DNA from: an uncultured Verrucomicrobiae bacterium
GTDB lineage: Bacteria > Verrucomicrobiota > Verrucomicrobiia > Opitutales > JABDGR01
Assembly (NCBI GenBank): GCA_963765205.1
Contig: CAVXVB010000007.1
Coordinates: 192,001 to 256,000 of the forward strand
Length of the DNA stretch: 64,000 nucleotides
Direction: 5' to 3'
Both the position numbers and the translations under genes were made by a program. Below are positions 52,801-61,288 of this stretch, in pieces; position 1 is the stretch's first letter, and the number at the start of each line of letters is the position of its first letter. Below the pieces are notes generated by a model. It ran no database searches and was not told the origin of the DNA. It worked only from the letters and a program-made list of their open reading frames with translations.

Positions 52801-53670
52801 ATGAATATCACCGTCAAAGACCTGCTCGACGCCGGCGTCCACTTCGGCCACCAAAAACGCCGCTGGAACCCCAAATCCAAACCCTACATCTTCGACCACC
52901 GCCAGGGGGTCTCGATTATTGACCTCGAAAAAACGCACCGCCTGCTCGAAGCTGCGGCGCGCTATGTCGAGGACACCGTGGCCGCCGGGGGCGACATCCT
53001 GCTCATCGGCACCAAGAAACAGGCCCAGGAAATCGTGCGCGAGGCCGCGACCACGACCAACATGCCTTTCTGCGTCAGCCGCTGGATGGGTGGCACGCTG
53101 ACCAATTACGCCACGGTCAAAAACAGCCTCGAAAAATACCGCCGCTTTTTGCGCATGGAGACGGACGGCCAGCTCGACAAGCTGCCCAAGAAGGAAGCCT
53201 CCGCCATCCGCCGCGAGATGGCCCGCATGCACCGCAATTTCGAGGGGATGCTAACCATGACCTCCCTGCCCGCGGCGCTCTTTGTCATCGACACCAAGAC
53301 GGAATACATCGCCGTGGCCGAGGGCAACCGCATCGGCGTGCCCATCGTTGCGCTGGTGGACACGAACTCCGACCCGTCGCTGACGAAATACCCCATTCCC
53401 GGCAACGACGACGCGGTGAAGTCCATCCGCCTGATCACCGACGTGATCCTGGAGGCCATTCAAAACGGCCTGGCCCGGCGCGAGGTCAAGACCGCGCAAC
53501 GCGGCCTGGCGCCCATCGTGCGCCCCGAGTTCCAGGAAGTGCAGCCGGAAGTCACCATTGCCGCCGACATCGTGGTCGCCGAGGAGGAGGAAGAGCCCCT
53601 GGCGGCCCCGCGCCCCTTTGTGCGCCGTGCCAAGCGCCCCGCCGGCGACAAGTCCGAAAAACCCGAATAA
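52801..53670 (+). CDS. rpsB: 30S ribosomal protein S2
   Basis: LLDAGVHFGH...WNPK, RWMGGTLTN, VDTNSDP and IPGNDDA. Confidence 0.98.
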   Translation: MNITVKDLLDAGVHFGHQKRRWNPKSKPYIFDHRQGVSIIDLEKTHRLLEAAARYVEDTVAAGGDILLIGTKKQAQEIVREAATTTNMPFCVSRWMGGTLTNYATVKNSLEKYRRFLRMETDGQLDKLPKKEASAIRREMARMHRNFEGMLTMTSLPAALFVIDTKTEYIAVAEGNRIGVPIVALVDTNSDPSLTKYPIPGNDDAVKSIRLITDVILEAIQNGLARREVKTAQRGLAPIVRPEFQEVQPEVTIAADIVVAEEEEEPLAAPRPFVRRAKRPAGDKSEKPE

Positions 53671-53694
53671 TAATTTCCCGCAATATTTCCTCCC

Positions 53695-54285
53695 ATGGCC
53701 GACATTTCCGCTACGATGGTCAACGAGCTGCGCGCCAAAACCGGCGCGGGCCTGATGGACTGCAAACGCGCGCTGGTCGAGAACCAGGGCGACCAGAACG
53801 CCGCCGCCGAATGGCTGCGCAAAAAAGGCATCGCCTCCGCCGTGAAAAAGGCCGACCGCGCGGCCAAGGAGGGCCTCATCTCCTCCTACATCCACCTCGG
53901 CGGCAAGGTCGGCGTGCTCATCGAAGTGAATTGCGAGACGGATTTCGTGGCCAAGACCGACGAGTTTCAGAATCTTGCCAAGGACCTCTGCATGCAAATC
54001 GCGGCGGCCAGCCCGCTCTTTGTCACCCGTGAGCAAGTGCCGGTGGAACTGCTCGACAAGGAAAAGGAAATCGCCGCGGCGCAGGTGGCCGGCAAGCCGG
54101 CGCCCGCGGTCGAGAAAATCGTGCAGGGCAAAATTGACAAGTGGTTCGGCACCGTCTGCCTGCTCGAACAGCCCTTCGTGCGCGACCAGAACAAAACCGT
54201 GAAGGAATACGTCTCCGAGGCCATCGCGCGCACGGGCGAGAATATTGTCGTGCGCCGGTTTGTCCGGTATGCGATTGGGGATTAG
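53695..54285 (+). CDS. tsf: Elongation factor Ts (short form)
   Basis: LRAKTGAGLMDCKRAL, EVNCETDFVA and RRFVRY. Confidence 0.98.
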   Translation: MADISATMVNELRAKTGAGLMDCKRALVENQGDQNAAAEWLRKKGIASAVKKADRAAKEGLISSYIHLGGKVGVLIEVNCETDFVAKTDEFQNLAKDLCMQIAAASPLFVTREQVPVELLDKEKEIAAAQVAGKPAPAVEKIVQGKIDKWFGTVCLLEQPFVRDQNKTVKEYVSEAIARTGENIVVRRFVRYAIGD

Positions 54286-54528
54286 GGGCGCTTTCGGCGC
54301 GTTTGATGCGAGGCGCGGCCTGACAACCATTTGGCCGGGTGTCGGTTTGGGCTTGGCTTCGCTGGCCTGGCCGGCGGCCGGAAGCATTTCAAACTATCCC
54401 AACCGGCCCTATTCTTGGCGCGATTATGGAGTTTCCATTCTCCGCCGCGCCATTATCCTCGGAGGCGAAACAGCAGTATTTTCGGTGGCCACTGAACCTT
54501 GGTCCCTTTGCCGCACCCCTTTCCCGCC

Positions 54529-55218
54529 ATGCGTTCCGACGAACTCTTTACCCTGCCGCCGTCGCTGGCGCGATTTGCGCCGTTTTTTGCGCCCGATGTT
54601 CCGCCGTGGGCGTGGGTCGAGCGCATCGTCGCCGCGCTGGCCAGCGTGCCCGCGCAGGAATTCGCGCCGCGCCCAGATGTGCCCACCGGACTCCACTTGG
54701 AGGGTTTGGTTTTTCTGCACCCAACCGTGAAACTGCCGCCCTACGGGGTGATCCAAGGCCCGGCCTGGATTGGCGCGCACACGGAAATCCGCCCCGGCGT
54801 TTTTATTCGCGGAAATGTAATCGTCGGCGAACACGGCGTCCTCGGCAACAGTTGCGAATACAAAAACTGCCTGCTGCTCGACCGTGTGCAGACCCCGCAC
54901 TATAATTACGTTGGAGACTCGGTACTCGGCAACCGCGCGCACCTCGGCGCGGGCGCGATTTGCGCCAACCAGCGCCTCGATAAGAAGCCCGTCCCCGTGC
55001 AAACCCCCGCCGGGCGCGTTGCCACGACCCTGCGCAAACTCGGCGCGCTCCTGGGCGACGATGCCGAAGCGGGCTGCAACGCGGTGCTGCAACCCGGCGC
55101 GATTTTGGGCCGGCGCGCCGCCGTGCTCCCCGCGATGGCCTTCGCCGGCTACCTTCCACCGAACACCCTCGCCGTCGCCACCCGCGCCGAAATCCGCCAG
55201 CTGCCCCGGCCGGAGTGA
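54529..55218 (+). CDS. GlmU-like left-handed beta-helix acyltransferase (UDP-GlcNAc diphosphorylase C-terminal-like)
   Basis: GPAWIG...IRPGVFIRG...GNSCEYKN...PHYNYVGDSVLG...RKLGALLGD...GCNAVLQPG. Confidence 0.85.
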   Translation: MRSDELFTLPPSLARFAPFFAPDVPPWAWVERIVAALASVPAQEFAPRPDVPTGLHLEGLVFLHPTVKLPPYGVIQGPAWIGAHTEIRPGVFIRGNVIVGEHGVLGNSCEYKNCLLLDRVQTPHYNYVGDSVLGNRAHLGAGAICANQRLDKKPVPVQTPAGRVATTLRKLGALLGDDAEAGCNAVLQPGAILGRRAAVLPAMAFAGYLPPNTLAVATRAEIRQLPRPE

Positions 55219-55263
55219 ATGGTGGAACCATCGCCGCCGATTGGGGTTTAAAACTTGCACTCT

Positions 55264-55560
55264 ATGCATGCCAAACCACAAGTGACTTGCGTTTGGGTTG
55301 CCGGCCTCCTGGTGGTGGGCTGGCTGGCGGGCGGCTGCGCCGATGTGGATGACGACTACGCGCGGGACGCCGCGATTGTCCCCATTGCGGCGGGCAGTGT
55401 CCTGGTTGAAGGCGCCGTGCAGAGTAAAGTGGATGATTCCGACCTCCAGTATGAGCAGACACATCCTGTGAATTCTTTTGATGATTTTGAAGAGTCGTTC
55501 CATCCCTCATCCGACGCTCCCTGGTCGGACCCCTTCAATAGCGGCGTGCGCGGGCATTGA
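55264..55560 (+). CDS. Small putative lipoprotein
   Basis: Hydrophobic leader ending LAGGC, followed by an acidic mature part. Confidence 0.55.
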   Translation: MHAKPQVTCVWVAGLLVVGWLAGGCADVDDDYARDAAIVPIAAGSVLVEGAVQSKVDDSDLQYEQTHPVNSFDDFEESFHPSSDAPWSDPFNSGVRGH

Positions 55561-55584
55561 TTAGCCATTCGCAAATTTTCAGAA

Positions 55585-56019
55585 TCACCGGATAAAAAGG
55601 TCGGCGGGGACGCAAAAACGGTCACTCAATCGGCGGAAATCTTCCGGCGTCAGTTTGCGCTGTCCGCTTAAGATGCGGCTCGCCACCGACGGGTCAACCT
55701 TGAGCAGTCGCGCCAAGTCCTTTACGGCCAGCCCATTTTCCTCGAGCAAATAGCGCAGCATCTCCAATCCGCTAATTTTCTGCTTTGGCGCAGGCTCGGT
55801 TCGGTCTTCGTAAACCTCGACGAAAGTCGTCACAGCGTCCAAATAATCGTCCTGGTCTCTGTTTAGCTTAAACCCGGCGAGCCAATCAACTATTTCCATG
55901 GCAGCTTCGTAATCCTGTTCATCTCGAATAGGCCGCGGAATATAGACTCGGGCCAATTCCTCGTAGGTCTCTGGAATACTTTTGGCCGGCAGCCGGGAAA
56001 GGGAAACACGATGGCTCAT
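55585..56019 (-). CDS. higA: HigA-family antitoxin (HTH)
   Basis: PRPIRDEQDYEAA...YLDAV..FVEVYE...LRYLLEENGL..KDLA...SRILSGQRKLT. Confidence 0.88.
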   Translation of the reverse strand: MSHRVSLSRLPAKSIPETYEELARVYIPRPIRDEQDYEAAMEIVDWLAGFKLNRDQDDYLDAVTTFVEVYEDRTEPAPKQKISGLEMLRYLLEENGLAVKDLARLLKVDPSVASRILSGQRKLTPEDFRRLSDRFCVPADLFIR

Positions 56020-56025
56020 GTCGTT

Positions 56026-56054
56026 AATCTAGGCGTAGTTCAGGTTTTTGGCAA
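56026..56054 (-). promoter_or_regulatory. Candidate dedicated leaderless higA promoter
   Basis: TTGCCA-N17-TAGATT-N6-ATG on the minus strand. Confidence 0.6.
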
Positions 56055-56120
56055 GAGAAAATTGCTACATTGGCATCATCGCCATCGCTTAGTTTTCACT
56101 TCGGATTGGCCTGCGGTATT

Positions 56121-56429
56121 TTAGTGATGGTTCTTCCATTCGTTTTTGGAATATTCCGCATGGGGCAAAAAATCCCGGATGTATACACGACCTCGATCGA
56201 AATGAACATGGACAATAAGTCTGAAATTTTTACCTTGAATATTAATGACTTGTAAAATCCTTCCGGTTTTAACCACACATTGATCCGCATGGTTGAAATT
56301 GTTCTTGAGGTCATTAAATGAGCACCAGGTCATTGCTTCAGCCAGTTGTTTAAATCGGCTTAACGCAGGGGCGGATGTTGGATGTCTTCGCGCATATTCG
56401 CGCAACCGTCGAGGAGCAATTATTCTCAT
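56121..56429 (-). CDS. higB: HigB-family mRNA interferase toxin
   Basis: MRIIAPRRLREY...W..FNDLK..F..AD...NIQGKNFRLI...HAEYSK; toxin-first gene order. Confidence 0.88.
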   Translation of the reverse strand: MRIIAPRRLREYARRHPTSAPALSRFKQLAEAMTWCSFNDLKNNFNHADQCVVKTGRILQVINIQGKNFRLIVHVHFDRGRVYIRDFLPHAEYSKNEWKNHH

Positions 56430-56459
56430 TTTCGTGAGATTTTAGCATGACAGGGACAT

Positions 56460-57242
56460 TTACGTCAGCAGCAAATCGAGCGCGAGGCGGTGCAGGCGGG
56501 GGCTGGCGGCGAGGCAGGACTTGCCGCCGCCGACTTCGCCACCCTGCCAGTCCGTGATGACGCCGCCCGCGCCGCGGATGATTGGCACCAGCGGGAGCAC
56601 ATCCCATGCGTTGTGCGCGACGCTGTCGCCCATCAGGTCGGCGCGACCCGTGGCCACGAGCAGGTAGCCGAAGCAATCGCCCCACGTCCGTACCAGCCCG
56701 GCTGCGCCCAGCAGCCGCTTCCGTGCCGCCGCACTGTGGAGCTGCGGGATATCGGAACCCAGCGAGGTGGTCAGCAGCGTGGCCTCCGGCAGGGTGCGCG
56801 TGTCGCGCACGCGCACCGGCGCACCGTTGAGCGTCGTCGCCGCGCCGTCGCCCACACATAACAAATTCAGAATCGGCTGGTGGATCGCGCCCAAAACCGG
56901 TCGGCCCTCGTGCAGCAGCCCGATGAGCGTCCCGAACAGCGGGACGCCATGCACAAACGACTTCGTGCCATCAATCGGGTCGAGCACCCAGGTCCAGTCC
57001 GCGTCGGCGCGTTCGGGCCCGTATTCCTCGGCCAGAATCCCGTGTTGGGGAAAGCGCGCGTTGATGAGGCGGCGCATCGCCGCCTCGGCCCCGCGGTCGG
57101 CCTCGGTCACGGGCGAAAGGTCGCTCTTGTGCTCAACGGCCAGCGCGGGGTCCCAAAAGTGCTGTTGCACAATCGGCCCGCTGGCGGCGACCAATTCCCC
57201 AATGAAGTCGCGATAGATGCTAAAATTCGGGCCGGTGCTCAT
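56460..57242 (-). CDS. hisN: Histidinol-phosphate phosphatase (inositol monophosphatase family)
   Basis: KSDLSPVTEADR, EEYG, WVLDPIDGTKSF, GTLIGL, GDCFGY and WD. Confidence 0.85.
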   Translation of the reverse strand: MSTGPNFSIYRDFIGELVAASGPIVQQHFWDPALAVEHKSDLSPVTEADRGAEAAMRRLINARFPQHGILAEEYGPERADADWTWVLDPIDGTKSFVHGVPLFGTLIGLLHEGRPVLGAIHQPILNLLCVGDGAATTLNGAPVRVRDTRTLPEATLLTTSLGSDIPQLHSAAARKRLLGAAGLVRTWGDCFGYLLVATGRADLMGDSVAHNAWDVLPLVPIIRGAGGVITDWQGGEVGGGKSCLAASPRLHRLALDLLLT

Positions 57243-57260
57243 TTTTTCATTCTACTCAAG

Positions 57261-57336
57261 GGAAGATGGAAAATGGAAGATGGAAAAATGCCGAGTTATG
57301 AAGTTGTTTTTCCATTTTTCATCTTCCATTTTCCAT
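57261..57336. repeat. Inverted heptamer-repeat cassette (ATGGAAR units)
   Basis: Perfect 17-bp inverted repeat ATGGAAAATGGAAGATG at 57266-57282 / 57320-57336. Confidence 0.85.
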
Positions 57337-57338
57337 GC

Positions 57339-58022
57339 ATGAGTTGGATTTCCACTCCCATCCATGTGCTCGACTTCGAGGGCGGCCGCTCGAGCGGCGT
57401 CGTCGAATACGGCGTGGCCACGCTGCTGGATGGAGGAATCACCGGCACGCACACGCGCCTCTGCGCGCCCGCCGGGCCGGTCGCGGCCGCCGAATGCGCG
57501 CTGCACGGCATCTCAGCGGCGGACACTGCCGGGGTGGCGCCTTTCTCCGCCGAGCAGGCTCTCTTTGCCGAACTCCGACAAAGCGGCCCCTTCGCCGCGC
57601 ACCACGCGCCCGTCGAGCGCGCCTTGCTGCGCCGCGCCTGGCCCGTGCCGCCCGCCGTGCCGGACTTTGCCGCGACCAACCCCGCCGCCGCGCCGCGTGT
57701 GGCCGATTGGGGCCCGTGGCTGGACACCCGCCGCATTTACGAAAGCCTTTACCCCAACCTACCCAGTTACCAGCTCAGCGATCTCGTCGCCACCTTTTCG
57801 CTTGCGGAAAATTTGGCCGCTCTCGCCGCGCAATTTTGCCCCGCCCGCCGCCGCCGGCCGCATTGTGCGCTTTTCGACGCTCTTGCCGCCGCGCTGCTCC
57901 TCGCCCGCCTCGCGCAGGAACCGTCAATCGCAGGCGCGCCGCTGGCATGGCTGCTGGCCCAATCCGTCCCACCCGACCAGGCCGAAGTCATCAATCAAGG
58001 CGAGTTTTTGATGGGGGAGTGA
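57339..58022 (+). CDS. DEDDh 3'-5' exonuclease (DnaQ-like)
   Basis: VLDFEG (Exo I), AHHAPVE, WLDT and HCALFDA (Exo III). Confidence 0.85.
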   Translation: MSWISTPIHVLDFEGGRSSGVVEYGVATLLDGGITGTHTRLCAPAGPVAAAECALHGISAADTAGVAPFSAEQALFAELRQSGPFAAHHAPVERALLRRAWPVPPAVPDFAATNPAAAPRVADWGPWLDTRRIYESLYPNLPSYQLSDLVATFSLAENLAALAAQFCPARRRRPHCALFDALAAALLLARLAQEPSIAGAPLAWLLAQSVPPDQAEVINQGEFLMGE

Positions 58023-58023
58023 C

Positions 58024-61000
58024 TTATGCTGCTCCGCCGTTGATGCAGGTGGCGAGGGCTTCGAGGAGTTCCTGGTTGCGGTAGGGCTTGAGGAGGAAGT
58101 CCTGCACACCCATGCGGCGGAGGGCCTCGACGCGGGTGTCGTGGTTCACGCCGGAGGTGGCGATGACGCGCACGCCGGGGCGCAGCTCGCGCAGGGTCTT
58201 GAGCGTGGCGACGCCGTCCATGCGCGGCATCATCACATCGAGTAGCACGACTTTAATTTCGCCGCCGCGCGCCTTCATCACCTCGATGGCCTGCAAACCG
58301 TCCGACGCTTCGAGCACGGTGTAGCCGCGTTGGCCGAGAATGAACGCCACAGCCTGGCGCAGAGGCACTTCGTCGTCCACGACAAGGACGGTGTGGCCGA
58401 GGCCGGCTTTGGCTTCCGCCGCGCGCTCGGCGGATTTTTTGAGCGTGGAATTGCCGGGCGCCGTGGGCGGTGGGGTGGGCAGCTCGGCCGAAGCGGGGAG
58501 GTAGATTACAAACATCGTGCCCTGCGGCCCGGTGGACTCCAGCTCGATGATGCCGTTGTGTTCCTGCATGATGCCGAGCGCGGTGGACAGGCCTAGGCCG
58601 GTGCCCTTGCCCACGTCTTTCGTGGTAAAGAACGGCTCAAAAATTTTCTCGCGGATGGGCGGGGGGATGCCGGTGCCGGCATCCGAGACGCGAATGCGCA
58701 CATGCGGGCCGGGCGCCGCGCCGGGGAAGCTCGCCGTCTGCGCGCTGCCGAGCACCACGTTGTCGGCCGCCAGCGTGATGACGCCGCCGGCGGGCATGGC
58801 GTCGCGGCTGTTGACGCACAAATTCATCAGCACCTGCAAAATCTGCGTCGAGTCGGCCTTGACCGGCGCGAGGGCGGGGTCGAGGCGGATGTCGAGGCGC
58901 ACGTCGCGCGGGAAGCTTTCGCGCACGAGGCGCTCGAGTTCGCCGATGATGGGCACCAGCCAGAGCGGCTCGCGCTTGCCGCGCCGCCCGCGGGAGAATG
59001 TCAGCACTTGCTGCACCAGCTCGGAGGCGCGGTTGATGGAGATGTCCATCACCTCGATGATTTCGCGCTCCTTGCCTGCGAAGGGCAGCGTCTTCATGAA
59101 CTCCGCGCCGAGACGCAGGGGCGCGAGGATGTTGTTCAAATCGTGCGCGATGCCGCCGGCGAGGTTGCCAATGCTTTCGAGGCGCTGCGCGCGGGCCAGG
59201 CGCTCCTCGAGGGAGCGCTGGCTGGTGATGTCCTCCATGATCTCGACGCAGTGGGTGACGTTGCCGGCCTCGTCGAAAATCGGGAACAGGTTGGCGCGCA
59301 CAGTGAAGTGCCGCCCGTCCTTGGCGCGGTTGACATATTCGCCCTCCCACTTCTTGCCCTGGCGCAAGCGCGCCCACAATTCCGTGTAAAACTCGACCGG
59401 CGTCTTGGCGGACTTGAGCAACTGCGGCATCTGCCCGAGCAATTCCTCCTGCGGGTAGCCGGAGACCTCACAGAATTTTCGGTTGGCATAGTCTATCACG
59501 CCATCCGGGTTGGTGATGAGGATGGCGACCGGGCTTTGCTCGACCACCTGGGAGAGGCGCCGCAACGTCTGCTCCTGGGCGAAGCGGTGCGACACGTCCA
59601 TGACCAGCCCGAGGATGGCCGGCTCGCCCTCGTGCTCGGAGGCGATGCCATGCCCCTGCACCGCCACCGCGGCGCCTTGCGGCCCGGCTAGGCGGAAGAG
59701 AAGCGTGGCCTCGCGCCCGGTGCCGGCATACAGCGGGCGGAGGCGCTCCGCCGTCACGGCGCGATCTTCGGGTAGGAGCAATTCGAGGAATTCAGGGCGC
59801 AGCGGCGGGCGCGCGCCGCCGGAACGGGCGATGGCCCAGAACTTCGGGTTCGCGTAAACCACGCGGTTCTCCTGCAAAATGAAAATCCCCGCCAGCGACT
59901 GCTCGACCAGGCCGCGGAACTTTTCCTCGGCCAGCTTGACGCGCGTCAAATCCACCGCCGTGCCCTGGATGCGCGCGCCGCCCAGCCCGGCCGTGGTTTC
60001 GAGGGCGAAGGCAAGTTGGAACCAGCGATACGAGCCGTCGCGGTGCCGCAGCCGCGCTTCGATGATTTGGCGCGCGCCCGGCTCGCGCTGGGCGGCGGCC
60101 AGCGCCTCCTCGAAGCGCGGGCGGTCTTCCGGCAAAAACAATTCGAGCCATTGCGGGACGCGCGCGAGGAAATCCTTCGGGGAATAGCCCAGCAGTTCGG
60201 ACAAGGGGTCCTCCCAGCTAAAATTGCCCTGCGGCGTGGCCAGCGACCACAACCCCGCGCCGCCAGCCTGGGCGGTGAGGGAATAGCGCTGCTGCTCGCG
60301 GCGCAAATCCTCGGCCACCGCTTCGCGTTCGGTGACATCCAAACCGAGGGCGAGCACGCTTTCCGGCAAGCCGTTTTCGCCCGGCAGCACGGAAATGTGC
60401 CACTCGATCAACCGGAGCGAGCCATCAAGCGCCAGATGGCGCATAGTCATGATCCGCCCGGCTTTTTCCGCGCCGGTGGCGGGCGCAAGGGCCTCGCGCA
60501 AGGTGGCCACTCCCGCCCCATCCACCCAACCGAGCTCCTCCGCCCGCTTGCCCAACACCTCCATCGCGCGCCAGCCAAAGACGGCCTCGGCCCGGCCGGT
60601 CCATTCCTTCACCCGCCGTTCCGAGTCCAGCTCGACGACCACGAGCGGCGTGTTTTCAAAATGCAAATGCTGCTTGCGGAAAAATTCGCGCTGGTGCTGT
60701 TCGGAGCCGGACGCCAGCTCCTTCGCCTGTTGCTGCAACTGCTTCACATGCCGGGCCTGCTGGCGCGAACGCCACAATTGCCCCGCCAATAACAGCAGCA
60801 CAAACGTCAGCGTCGCCCCGCGATAGAACGCGCCCACCTGGCCTTTCCACACCGCGTCGCCCTGCGACAAATCCGGCAAAAAGTCGGTTACATCCTCCTC
60901 ATAAGGCGTGCCGTCTGCGGTAAACCGTTGCACGGTGTGTTTCACACCCGCCGTGCCTGCGACCGGTGCGCTGGCCGGCGGCAGCGTGGAAGAACCCGCC

Positions 61001-61119
61001 GGGGGCGCTGAAGGCGCCGGTTGTGCGAAGGCCCCGGCCGCCAACGCCACCGCCGCGCCGAGGCTCCAAAGAGTCGCGCGGATCATCACCGGCCATCGAG
61101 ATAATTTCCAAGCAGCCAT
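58024..61119 (-). CDS. Hybrid sensor histidine kinase (TM, four PAS domains, HisKA, HATPase, receiver)
   Basis: LAGGIAHDLNN, QVLMNLCVNSRDAM, DAGTGI, FFTTK..GKGTGLGL; receiver LVVDDE...LLDVMMP...KP. Confidence 0.95.
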   Translation of the reverse strand: MAAWKLSRWPVMIRATLWSLGAAVALAAGAFAQPAPSAPPAGSSTLPPASAPVAGTAGVKHTVQRFTADGTPYEEDVTDFLPDLSQGDAVWKGQVGAFYRGATLTFVLLLLAGQLWRSRQQARHVKQLQQQAKELASGSEQHQREFFRKQHLHFENTPLVVVELDSERRVKEWTGRAEAVFGWRAMEVLGKRAEELGWVDGAGVATLREALAPATGAEKAGRIMTMRHLALDGSLRLIEWHISVLPGENGLPESVLALGLDVTEREAVAEDLRREQQRYSLTAQAGGAGLWSLATPQGNFSWEDPLSELLGYSPKDFLARVPQWLELFLPEDRPRFEEALAAAQREPGARQIIEARLRHRDGSYRWFQLAFALETTAGLGGARIQGTAVDLTRVKLAEEKFRGLVEQSLAGIFILQENRVVYANPKFWAIARSGGARPPLRPEFLELLLPEDRAVTAERLRPLYAGTGREATLLFRLAGPQGAAVAVQGHGIASEHEGEPAILGLVMDVSHRFAQEQTLRRLSQVVEQSPVAILITNPDGVIDYANRKFCEVSGYPQEELLGQMPQLLKSAKTPVEFYTELWARLRQGKKWEGEYVNRAKDGRHFTVRANLFPIFDEAGNVTHCVEIMEDITSQRSLEERLARAQRLESIGNLAGGIAHDLNNILAPLRLGAEFMKTLPFAGKEREIIEVMDISINRASELVQQVLTFSRGRRGKREPLWLVPIIGELERLVRESFPRDVRLDIRLDPALAPVKADSTQILQVLMNLCVNSRDAMPAGGVITLAADNVVLGSAQTASFPGAAPGPHVRIRVSDAGTGIPPPIREKIFEPFFTTKDVGKGTGLGLSTALGIMQEHNGIIELESTGPQGTMFVIYLPASAELPTPPPTAPGNSTLKKSAERAAEAKAGLGHTVLVVDDEVPLRQAVAFILGQRGYTVLEASDGLQAIEVMKARGGEIKVVLLDVMMPRMDGVATLKTLRELRPGVRVIATSGVNHDTRVEALRRMGVQDFLLKPYRNQELLEALATCINGGAA

Positions 61120-61288
61120 GCAGCGTATAAGGATATATCCCCAAGGCGGCCCCGAAAAGCAAAATCCTTTGCCCAACGAGGGGATTTCGATAAGGCTTTT
61201 TGCAGGTTTGCGGCGAAAAAACGCGGGGTTTGCCTTATCCGCCTTTGGTAAAAATTTGGACTCAGCCTGTGCCCGCCTCCGCCTTGCC

